NCBI RefSeq assembly: GCF_964355755.1
Contig: NC_092672.1
Span: forward strand, 5,642,001-5,706,000
DNA from: Antedon mediterranea
Taxonomy: Eukaryota > Animalia > Echinodermata
DNA length: 64,000 nt
Direction: 5' to 3'
Shown: in pieces, positions 1-10,847 of the stretch
Position numbering within the stretch: the stretch's first letter is position 1
Layout: the number at the start of each line of letters is the position of its first letter
The notes under the pieces: generated by a model
Databases searched by the model: none
What the model was told of the DNA's origin: nothing
The model's input: the letters and a program-made list of their open reading frames with translations, nothing else
Translations under genes and position numbers: made by a program

Positions 1-1475
1 TGTTTGTAATGATTGCTTCTCCTGGAATAAAGTCCCGATAGTCAACGCATAGTTTAAAATTCCGCTGCACCTCCAACGATGGCTGTAAGGTTTTCAGAAG
101 CCATTGTTGGTCGTTGCTATTGTAACAGACAAACACGTCATATCGAATGTCTTCTCCGTTGACAGGAAGAGGTCCTTGGTTGCAAATTCACTGATATTGT
201 TTGCGAAGGCGTCGTCGTTGATTCCAGTACCTTTATTCAAATTTAAAAACATATTTAGAACCGTACATCAACTAGCAAATTGTGGAATATATCAATCTAA
301 TAATTATTAAATACTTAAATTAGTTGTATAACATAGTAAACAAATAATACAAATGTTGAATTTTACCATCCGAAAGAAATGAATACTGGTTTAATTCGTT
401 GATTTGATTATATATAAATCATTTTTTTTTAAACAAGTAGAGTTAGATTTAAGTTTATGAATACAATTCATTATTCTCACCTTAAATGAAACCTGTAGCG
501 GTAAAGAAGCACACAGCATATTGTAGTAGCAAGAAGCACAGCTGAAGCAGAGGGAAGTCTAATTCTTAAGATTCTATCCAACTTGCTGCAGTGTAGCTTA
601 TCGGGGTCAAAATCCAGTATTTTCTTGTATTCTTTACTATCTGGGAATAGCCTACATTCTGTATGCTTGATGTTTTCAATTGTTGCATTCGTTGTCCTAA
701 TCCATGTTCTAAGCCAAACTAAATCACAGTCACACATAAATTTGTTGTACGCCACATCTACAGATTGTAATTGAGTCAGATTTTGAAGTCCAACATCTTT
801 TTTAATTGTAGTCAGCAGGTTGTCATTTATAGATATTCGTTGTAATTGCGATAAACCTCTAAATGCGTGTGGTGGTATACTGGTAATATGATTGTTGTCT
901 AGATACAAATATTTAAGAACTGGTAAAATCTGAAATGTTCCGAAATCGATATAATTTATCAAGTTTCGGGTAAGGTCAATTTTAATTATTTTTCTACAAT
1001 GATTAAATACCTTAGGATATGTTGTGGTTAATCCACAATGTTGTAAATGCAGCACTTCTAAAGATACAAGATCATCGAACCAAGGCAGGAGTTTAGACAA
1101 ATAAATGATTCAAAGTGTGTAGAAATGTTAATTCCTGGAAAGAATGGTTATCCAATGATGAAATAAGATTGTTTGACAATCTATAATACTTAGCATCAGT
1201 CGGAACCGTATCTTGTGGTGGAATGGATGTAACTCCAATGCTTTCGCAGTACACGTTATGAATGTAGTACAAGTCTGTTTCTGTCTTACAAAACACACAG
1301 TTGCATTTCTTAGGGCATCTTATATCTTCAGGAGAAGTACCATTGGGGTAGTATTTGTAGCACGTTAACTTATCTCCTTCTTCAAATGGTGTAAAGCTCT
1401 CCACTGTCTCCAGAACAACGAACATTAATATCAGACAACACCACAGTAGTAGAATTTCGTAGACTAGAAAATGCC
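1..1475 (-). pseudogene. Short Toll-like receptor copy A (pseudogene; TIR exon runs off the window edge)
   Basis: LRR ORFs 1093-1506 and 477-1100. Exon 1 ends 481 (AG|GTGAG); TIR exon starts 230 (YWNQRRRLRKQYQ*). Lesions versus copy B: ~90-bp frameshifting deletion at ~1104 between AAATAA repeats, loss of the signal-peptide ATG region near 1440, and CGA>TGA stop at 188-190. Confidence 0.9.
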
Positions 1476-1789
1476 ATCTAGTTGTTAAATACACTATGCA
1501 AGGCATATAATTGAAAGAAAGTGAAATTCCATGATGATATGATCACATGAAGAAACATAGGCCTATAGAACATTGTTTCCTTTATTTAATAGCACTTCCT
1601 TAAACTGTACCTTAAATTTCGGTTTCTGCAAAATCATAGCTTAGCATTGTTTGGAAGGAAATTGTTTAGAAAAGAAATGCTTGTTCCATATGCTACAAAG
1701 GTTACATTATAATGTTATTAAAGCTTGGTTTCCACTAGTTACACTTAGGTATAAGTTTTACTTGGTTCTCACTAGCACGCATTAGCGTA

Positions 1790-2102
1790 ACTCAAAGCTT
1801 GGTTTCCCACTAGAGACGCAACGCAAGGGCGTAGGCGCAACGCAATCGAGTTGACCAATGACAAGCGACAGTTCGAATAATCCATCGCTTGCGATTGGTT
1901 AAATCACTTTCGTTGCACTTACGTCCTTGCGCTGCATTATAGTGGGAACCAAACTTAAGACTTAAAGCAAGGAAGTAGACGCAACGCAAGCGAGTTGACC
2001 AATCACAAGTAACAGTTTGGATAATCTATCGCTTGTGATTTATCAAATTACTTGTGTTCCGCTAACGTCATTGCGTTGCGACCTAGTAGGAACCAAGCTT
2101 AA
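1790..2102. mobile_element. PIF/Harbinger-like palindromic MITE family 1 (agcttggttcccactag...ctagtgggaaccaagct)
   Basis: Terminal inverted repeats flanked by TAA/TTA; internal gacgcaacgcaag / cttgcgttgcg palindrome. Other copies at 7810-8700 (nested), 9745-9892, 17838-18030, 56620-56750. Confidence 0.75.
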
Positions 2103-3005
2103 AGTAAAATTTAGACATAAATGTAACCGCGGATTCAATACACATCGCCTTGCTTTGTAATTATTGGTGTGTTTTTTGTTTTTTGTGTCTCTGACACATG
2201 ATACTATAACGTTCGGTTTAAAAACTTTATAACTTAAAGGTCTAATCTATTTTTTAAATAATTAAAGGAACCTAATAAAATAGCAACATTTTATTTAGGC
2301 ACGTAGAGAATGAGATGATTACTGAAGGCCTATGATACATATACACGAAAATCAACTATATTATTTATATATTTATACCCATCAAACAATATAGTTATTT
2401 AAATTTGTAACGTGTTTCGATAGGTATAGGTATTATATTTTATACCACCCTAATACTATCTTAAAAATTTTTTATATAAAATAAATATTACTACCTGTAT
2501 ACAATTAGATAAATAGACTTTGAATAGAAAAAATAGTGTGAAGATGACTTTAGTGGGACACGACCCGCAAACGAGAAAAAAAGTTAGTAGCACAAATCAA
2601 AATAAAATTTCAACTAAATATTAATATATAACTGAGTTGTAAAACAAAGAAATAATAAAATATAATATAGTTCATACAATAATTATTTGTATTTAAAGTA
2701 TCATTGACTTTGTCCACAATGCTTTAGTTTCAGAACGAGAGGATATTTTAAAGTAATAGTACAAAGTGACTGCAGCACACCAAATTGACAATAATAATGT
2801 CCCTTCATCGGCACACTAAACCTTGTTACTAACTCAATCAAACATTCACGAATTGAGCTTTAAACTTAAATCTCAACATCCGGTTTATAATCTTCACCCA
2901 TTCACTAAATTGTTTGTTTGGTTTTTTTTGGATGACACTGAAATTAGAATTTCAAGATTTGTATGAACTTTCATTGACAAAAAGAAAGAGCCTACATGGT
3001 AAAAG
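1945..3005. repeat. Segmental duplicate of the UPB1-downstream block (other copies ~9750-10830 and ~17875-19455)
   Basis: Long shared stretches, e.g. aattaaaggaacctaataaaatagcaac, ttagtagcac.aatcaaaataaaatttcaactaaatatt, ttgacaaaaa..aaa.agc.tac. Confidence 0.9.
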
Positions 3006-3016
3006 CATAAAATGAT

Positions 3017-3970
3017 GGTCGAACATACGCATGCGCGCTATCTCTAGTATAGCTCGAAGTTACACCACTCACGTCATACGAATGTCTTCTCGATAGAAGG
3101 TCCTTGGTTGCAAATTCGGTGATATTATTTTGCGAAGGCATCGGCGTCGATTCCAGTACCTTCATTGAAATAAATGCGGTGTTTTTGTTATGATTTACAA
3201 AATGTGAGCAATATTTTATTATCCCTTAGTCTATGGTAGGATTATACCTATTTAAAAATCGGTAGTAAAGTGTGGTTAAATTATAACCAATTACATTTAC
3301 AATTCGTTGATCTTTTTTTAACAGGTAAAGACAATTCATTAATGTCACCTTAAATGAAATCTGAAATAATAGAGTTGTGGATTGGTGGTTATGATGCTTG
3401 GCTACCACTCCAAGGGTCCTGGGTTCAAGTCCCGTCACATGTCAGGATTTTTTCTAAGGACAAAATTACACCTCCACTCCCAAAGACTTGTAATAAGACT
3501 TTGTTTATGTAGAGCATCTTGTGTATATGTTTGTCTTGTGAACCCCTCTCTGAGGGTCCCTAATGATCAGCAATTGCTGGATGGATCACCCTCATTAAAT
3601 ATGGTAAAAAAAAGAAGCTTGTAATAGGACAAGGACAACTGAAGCAAAAGTAATTCTTATAATGTTATCAAACTTGTTGCAGTGTAGCTTATCGGAGTCA
3701 ACGTCTTGAATTTGTATTCTTTACTATTATGGCCGGCCTACATTCTGTATGGCTGGGTTGATCAATTGTAACATTCGTTGTCCTAATCCATTTTCTAAAC
3801 CACACTAAATCTCAGTCACACCTAAATTTATTGCACGCCACATCTAGAGATTGTAATTGAGTCATTGACATCATCTGTGATTGTAGTCAGCAGGTTGTTA
3901 GTTATAGACATTCGTTGTAATGTACCTGTAAATGCTTGTGGTAATACTGGTAATTCTATTATTGTCTGTA
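3017..3970 (-). pseudogene. Degraded TLR copy F (D-like relic)
   Basis: TIR pieces at 3017-3160 (gtcgaacatacgcatgcgcg; attccagtacc|ttcattgaaa acceptor), donor tcaccttaaatgaaatctg at ~3345, LRR/LRR-CT remnants 3640-3970 with many indels. Interrupted by a SINE; 5' part replaced by a transposon. Confidence 0.85.
3372..3612 (+). mobile_element. tRNA-derived SINE family A (also ~54115-54262 on +, ~25135-25266 on -)
   Basis: A-box-like tggattggtggttatg, B-box gggttcaagtccc, shared body agagcatcttgtgtatatgtttgtcttgtgaacc...gctggatggatcaccct, A-rich tail. Confidence 0.8.
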
Positions 3971-4420
3971 TACAAATAATGAATGTTTATGAGTGTAATG
4001 GTACAAATAATTCCATGAGGTGAATGATGACAAGTATATATCAACGAGGCGACAGCCGAGTTGATATATAAACTTTCATCATTCACCAAATGCCAATATT
4101 TGTACCATTACACGAATATAAAACATTTATGTTTGTTTTATAAACCATCTAAATAGATTCCTGTTATTGGAATCAAATAAAAGGTAGGCCTAACCAAAGC
4201 CTTTTTGATCTACATTCGTACATATATATCTCTCCAAAAATGTACTTCCATCGCGAAACCATTCATAACAATAACATTTGCGACAACATGGGTGGCGCTG
4301 TTGTATTTCAAAAGCAATATTATAAAAAAAATATTTTCCAAACGCGAAGAGATTTTTTTTTCGTACACGAAAAAAGTATTATTAAACGAGGCGTGTTCCG
4401 TGTGTATTGGTTAGTGTACA
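3968..4420. mobile_element. Hairpin-headed non-autonomous element (same family as 21125-22039)
   Basis: tatacaaataatgaatgttt...atatcaacgaggcgacagccgagttgatata...aaacatt; long inverted repeat at the left end. Confidence 0.7.
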
Positions 4421-4529
4421 CAAGTAGCAGAACAAAGAAGCAGAAACTAAAACTAGAAACTAAAACTGTATTTTACTATGAATTGTTTACATTAAAGTAA
4501 CAAATCTACTTGATAATTATAGTTTAGGC

Positions 4530-5831
4530 CTAGGCCTACATATCTCATTATTGTCAAATTAAAGTCTTTATGTCCTATAAAGGCTTTTAAATCGCAAATT
4601 CGCGAGCGTCATAAAAGTAGGCCTACACAACGAAGTGTAGTGAAATTTACAATATACAATGTACAATATATGAAATAGTAATTAGGCATACAGTAGCTTA
4701 ATAGCAAATGTGTAATAATTAAGTAATTTCAAATTAAATATCATGACGTGTATACAAAAAAGGTTTGTAATGTAAATGTATCAACGTTTTAATAAGACAT
4801 CAGTTTAATATTACTGTACATTCGATCTCGAACTACAGATCTACGCTTTCGAGCTGAACGTCAAACTACAATGATTACTCTACAACAAGGCCATATACAT
4901 GGCTGCAGTCGCGTGCTCAAGTTAGTGTTTACCTACCGACCGACCAACCGACCGACATAGTGAGATGTAGAGTCGCGTTGCACGCGACTAAAAATACAAT
5001 ATGAAAAGTAGCTTTGTGTCCATATTGTTTCTAAGGATTACCAGCAAGAAGCCTATCCTTTGAACAGTTAGGTGACAAAAGAGCTGTTTCAAGCTTCGTC
5101 CAGAACAATGCTTGTCTCTCTGGATGTTCTTCCCATTCGATATAAGTTGTAGTGGTCAGTATCTTGTGTAAGAGTATCGGCTAGGCCTACATATCTCATT
5201 ATTGTCAAATTAAAGTCTTTATGTCCTATAAAGGCTTTTAAATCGCAAATTCGCGAGCGTCATAAAAGTAGGCCTACACAACGAAGTGTAGTGAAATTTA
5301 CAATATACAATGTACAATATATGAAATAGTAATTAGGCATACAGTAGCTTAATAGCAAATGTGTAATAATTAAGTAATTTCAAATTAAATATCATGACGT
5401 GTATACAAAAAAGGTTTGTAATGTAAATGTATCAACGTTTTAATAAGACATCAGTTTAATATTACTGTACATTCGATCTCGAACTACAGATCTACGCTTT
5501 CGAGCTGAACGTCAAACTACAATGATTACTCTACAACAAGGCCATATACATGGCTGCAGTCGCGTGCTCAAGTTAGTGTTTACCTACCGACCGACCAACC
5601 GACCGACATAGTGAGATGTAGAGTCGCGTTGCACGCGACTAAAAATACAATATGAAAAGTAGCTTTGTGTCCATATTGTTTCTAAGGATTACCAGCAAGA
5701 AGCCTATCCTTTGAACAGTTAGGTGACAAAAGAGCTGTTTCAAGCTTCGTCCAGAACAATGCTTGTCTCTCTGGATGTTCTTCCCATTCGATATAAGTTG
5801 TAGTGGTCAGTATCTTGTGTAAGAGTATCGG
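4530..5831. repeat. 651-bp tandem duplication containing the last ~150 nt of the TLR-B TIR exon and its 3' flank
   Basis: 4531 taggcctacatatctc recurs at 5182; 5031-5180 duplicates 5682-5831; no differences noticed by eye. Confidence 0.92.
4884..4995. mobile_element. Short Helentron/DINE-1-like element (also ~5535-5645, ~13560-13682, ~62277-62380)
   Basis: acaaggc..tacatggctgcagtcgcgtgc, (CCGA)n microsatellite, terminal hairpin agtcgcgttgcacgcgact followed by an A run. Family assignment is inference from architecture. Confidence 0.6.
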
Positions 5832-7558
5832 CATTTCTTTGGGTGACACCTTCTCAATTAGTACCACGACCAATATATCTTCATGGCTGTCGAACATACG
5901 CATGCGCGCCATTTCTAGCTCGAAGTTGCACCACTCACTTTTGGCAAAATGTTTGGAGACAACTAGCAAAACCTTGCGACTAAATTTAACAGCATTTGCG
6001 ATGTTCGTAGCAATTGCTTCTCCTGGAATAAAGTCACGATAGTCGACGCATAGTTTAAAATTCCGCTGCACCTCCAATGACGGCTGTAAGGTTTTCAGAA
6101 CCCATTGTTGATCCTTGCTGTTATAACAGACAAACACGTCATACCGAATGTTTTCTCCGTTGACGGGAGGTGGTCCTTGGTTGCGAATTCGCTGGTATTG
6201 TTTACGAAGGCGTCGTCGTTGATTCCAGTACCTTCATTGAAATAAATGGTTTTTTTTAAAGATTTTCAGTTTAATTATGTCCATAATAATTTATCTATGG
6301 TAGGATTATACCAATTATACCTATTTAAAATTCGACTAGCAATGTGTGAATAAATGTGAACATTATTTTGCTAAAATAAATTTTTCCATATTTTTTATAA
6401 AATCCATTTTTTAAATAAATAAAAGACAATTCATTAGTCTCACCTTAAATGAAATCTGTAGCGGTAAAGAAGTCCGCAACCTATTGTAATAGCAAGCACA
6501 ACTGAAGCAGAAGGAATTGTAAATCTTACGATTTGATCAAACTTGCTGCAGTGTAGCTTATCGGGATCAAAATCCAATATTTTCTTGTTATATCTTTTAC
6601 TATGAGGTGGTGTGCTACAATTTGTACGGTTGTTGATGTCTTTAATAGTAACATTTGTTGTCCCAATCCATTTTCTAAACCACACTAAATTGCAGTCACA
6701 GCTAAATTTATTGTACGCCACATTGAGAAATTGTAATTGAGTCATATTTTGGAGTCCAACATCTTCTTTGATTGTAGTTAACAGGTTGTCATTTAGAGTC
6801 ATTCGTTGTAATCGGGATAAGCCTTTAAATGCTTGTGGTGGTATGCTGGTAATTTTATTGTGATCTAGAAATAAATATATAAGATCTGGTAAATTCTGAA
6901 ATGCGCCGGTTAGGATAGTCTCTATCGCATTTGTATTAAGGTCAATTTTTATTAGTTTTTTGCAATGATTAAATACCTTAGGATGTACTGTGGTAAGTCC
7001 ACAATGTGGTAAATGCAGCACTTCTAGAGATACGAGATCATCGAACCAAGGCAGGAGTTTCGCCAAATAACTGTTTTTATCCATACTTAAAAATTTCAAA
7101 TTATGCAAGCCACGAAATGCATCAATACCAATGGTGTTGTATTTCAAGTTGTTGGAAATAAGATTTAAAGTGTGTAGAAATGTTAATCCTTTAAAAGAAT
7201 TGTTATCCAATGATGAAATAAGATTGTTTGACAAGATGTAATACTTAGCATCAGTTGGAACCGTAGCTTGTGGTGGAATGGATGTAATTTCACTGCTGTT
7301 GCAGTACACGTTATGACTGTAGTACAAGTCCGTTTCTGTCTTACAAAACACACAGTTGCATTTCTTAGGGCATCTTATATCTTCAGGGAAAGTACCATTG
7401 GGGTAGTATTTGTAGCACGTTAACTTATCTCCTTCTCCAAATGGTGTAAAGCTCTCCACTGTCTCCAGAACAACGAACATTAATATCAGACAACACAACA
7501 TCTTCTTGATGCAAAATTCCTTTGCAGTAGTATAATTTTGTAGACTAGAAAATGCCAT
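5682..7558 (-). CDS. Short Toll-like receptor copy B (intact; exons 7558-6444 and 6231-5682; ~554 aa, alternative start 7501)
   Basis: Signal peptide, Cys cap (CPKKCNCVFC..VYC), ~8 LRRs, LRR-CT (NKFSCDC..C..C), TM, phase-2 GT-AG intron joining in frame to TIR (YDVFVCY, DYRDFIPG, SEWCNFEL, LFW). Confidence 0.92.
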
Positions 7559-7809
7559 CTAGCTGTTAAATACACTATGCAATTAATATAATTGGAAAAA
7601 AAGTGAAATTCCGTGGTGATATGATCACATGAAGAAGTATATAGGCCTAGAACCTTATTTCCTTTATTTAATAGCACTTCCTTATACTGTACCTTAAATT
7701 TTGGTTGTTTCAATTTCTGCAAAATCATAGCTTAGCATTATTTGGACGGAAATTGTTGGGAAAAGAAATACTTGTTCCATATGCTACAACGGTTACATTA
7801 TAATGTTAT

Positions 7810-8697
7810 TAAAGCTTGGTTTCCACTAGTTACATTTAGGTATAAGTTTTACTTGGTTCCCACTAGCACGCAACGCAAGGACATTAGCGTAACTCAAAAC
7901 GTGTTTCCCACTAAAGCTTGGTTTCCACTAGAGACGCAATGCAAGGGCGTAGACGCAACGCAAGCGAGTTGGCACTGACGCCAAGCGACAGTTCGAATAA
8001 TCCATCGCTTGCGATTGGTTAAATCACTTAAGCTTGATTGCCACTACGACGTAACGCAAGGACATAAACGCAACGTAAAGCGTGGTTCCCACTAGAACGC
8101 AACGCAGTATTGCGTAATCACAAGTTGAAACTGACGACGCAACAGTGCTGCAAAAATCGCAGGTTTGATCTCACGCAGGCGGGGGCAAACACAATTATTG
8201 GAAGGGCATTTTGTTACGTGCGTCTGTTGCGTTACGTTGCGTCGCTAGTGGGAACCAAGCTTAAGCAAGTTGACCAATGACAAGCCACAGTCCGAATAAT
8301 CCATCGCTTGTGATTGGTCAACTCACTTACGTTGCGCTACGTCCTGGTGCTGCGTCTCTAGTGGGAACCAAGCATTACGTTGCGCTTACGTCCTTGCGTT
8401 GCGTCCTAGTGGAAACCAAACTTAAGACTTAAAGCAAGGAAGTAGACGCAATGCAAGCGAGTTGACCAATCACAAGTAACAGTTTGGATAAGCTATCGCT
8501 TGTCATTGGTCAACTCGTTAAAGCGTGGTTCTCACTAGCGACGCAACGCAGGGACGTAACGCAACGCAAGTGAATTGACCAATCACAAGTGATGGCTTAT
8601 TCGCTTGTGATTGCTAACTGTCTATAACTTCGCTTGTCATTGGTTAAAACGCTTGCGTTGCGTTTACGTCCTTGCGTTACGTTCTAGTGGGAACCAG
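7810..8697. mobile_element. Nested pile of family-1 MITEs upstream of TLR-B
   Basis: Several starts (aagcttggtttccactag, aagcttgattcccactac, aagcgtggttcccactag, aagcgtggttctcactag) and ends (ctagtgggaaccaag) interleaved; the corresponding region upstream of copy A is far simpler. Confidence 0.8.
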
Positions 8698-9743
8698 TGG
8701 CCGTATTCACCAATCACACTTAAGTGAGATATTTCCCTTAAATCCTAAGGATTTCCCTTAAATCAAGAAAATATTAAGGGTTTCACTTAAGTGGTATTCA
8801 CAAAGGGTTTAAGGTTAAGGGAAACCCTTAACTTGGTCTATTTAACCCTTAACTTGGTCTATTTTCCCCTTAACTTTTAAGGGACCTCAGAGGTCCCTTA
8901 AAAGTTCCCTTAACTATTCAGTACCTTGGTTAAGCTGACGATTCTGTATGTGCGAGTACTATGCCTACTTGTAGATGGCCCCAGTCTAGGCTAGGTAGAG
9001 ATGCTAGGCCCCCTGTTGGTCTGCCCACTAACCAGCCTAGGATTCATGTTTGGTTTGAGTAGCATCTAGACCTTTTTTTGCTGATCCCCACCCATACAAA
9101 TTAGTCTATGCCTATATATTAATTTATTTTTTTTGTTTTGACTGCCATTATTTTTGTGGAAGATGGCTTCCCATTTCGTTGTAATAGAAATTAGCCCCAT
9201 TCTAGTAGGCTAGGTAGAGATGCTAGGCCCCCTGTTGGTCTGCCCAGTAACCAGCCTAGGATGCATATGCCTCAATACAGACAGGTTTAGGCCTACACAG
9301 AATGTTGGTTTGTTAGTAGCATCTAGGCTAGACCAATTTTTCTTGATCCTCATACAAATTAGTCTAGGTTTAATATTCATGTACTTGTTTTTGTTTTGAC
9401 TGCCATTTTCTTTTTATTGATCGTCCATACACTTTTCTCTTCATCCTCCCCGTCCCCCAACCCCTTACTCTTTTTTTAAATATGCAAATTAGTTTTAGAG
9501 AGGAAAAGTGATTGGACCATAGGGGAATTAAATCCTCTGTGATTGGACAATGGGACAACTCATGAATATTTATGATTATTTTTACCCTTAAGTTTTACCC
9601 TTAAATTAAGTGTTTTCCTTAGGTAAGTGAATCCCTTAACTCATTTGTGAATACCCCTTAAGTGTTTCCCTTTGTTAAGGGAATTCTTAAATTTTAAGGG
9701 TAAGTATTTCCCTTAGCCTAAGTGAGATTGGTGAATACGGCCA
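8698..9743. mobile_element. ~1.05-kb non-autonomous TIR element (Harbinger-like) inserted in a MITE terminus
   Basis: TIRs tggccgtattcaccaatcacactta / taagtgagattggtgaatacggcca; splits gggaac-caa-gctt with imperfect 3-bp TSD (cag/caa); dense subterminal CCCTTA/TAAGGG motifs. Confidence 0.8.
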
Positions 9744-10847
9744 CAAGCTTGTAAGCAAGGAAGTAGACGCACCGCAAGCGAGTTGACCAATCACAAGTAA
9801 CAGTTTGGATAATCTATCGCTTGTGATTTATCAAATTACTTGTGTTCCGCTAACGTCATTGCGTTACAACCTAGTAGTAGGAACCAAGCTTAAAGTAACA
9901 TTTAGACATATATGTAACCGCGGATTCAACACACATCGCCTTGCTTTGAAATTATTGGTAGTTTTTTTGGTTTTTTTTGGTCTCTGACACATCATACTAT
10001 AATGTTCGGTTTAAAAACTTTATCTAATCTATTTTTAAATAATTAAAGGAACCTAATAAAATAGCAACATTTTATTTAGGCACGTAGAGAATGAGATGAT
10101 TACTGAAGGCCTATGATACATATACACAAAAATCAACTATATTCATTATATATTTATACCCATCAAACAATATAGTTATTTAAATTTTTAACGTGTTTCA
10201 ATACTGTGTAGGTAAAATATTGTACAGTGTTAGCATTTTGCACACACCACCGTCCACGGTATGACCAGTATTATATTTTATACCACCCTAATACTATCTA
10301 AATAAATATTACTACCTGTATACCATTAGATAAAAAGACTTTGAATAGAAAAAATAGTGTGAAGATAATTACTTTAGTGGAACACGACCAGCAAAAGAGA
10401 AAAACTTTAGTAGCACAAATCAAAATAAAATTTCAACTAAATATTAATATATAATTGATTTGTAAAACCAAGAAATAATAAAATATAGATATAGTTCATA
10501 CAATAATTATTTGTATTTAAAGTGTCATTGATTTAGTCTAAGTAGGCCTAATAGAATAAAATGACTGTAGCACACTAAATTTCACCATCAACTAAAACTT
10601 ACTATAAAATCACCTACAATTAAACATCTAGTTTATAATCTCCACCCGTTTTTGTAGACAGCTACATCATTTTTTTTTTGTTGGATGACATTGAAATTAG
10701 AATGTCAATGTTTGTCTAAACTTTCCTTGACAAAAAGGAAAAAAGCTTACAAGGTAAGCATGTATTGAGAAGATAATATTAATTAGGTCAGACCCAAGAC
10801 AAGATCGCCTTCGTGGCATTCAGAAACTTTGTTTCGTGATATTTTTT

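Noticed and set aside
5803-6042. Recurring plus-strand ORFs (also 10969, 13809, 16425)
   Set aside because: Antisense shadows of the conserved TIR exon.
5682-6137. Stand-alone TIR-only genes (also 10848-11486, 13745-14140)
   Set aside because: Each joins in frame to the upstream LRR-TM exon through a GT-AG intron; ORF-track starts are non-ATG or intronic.
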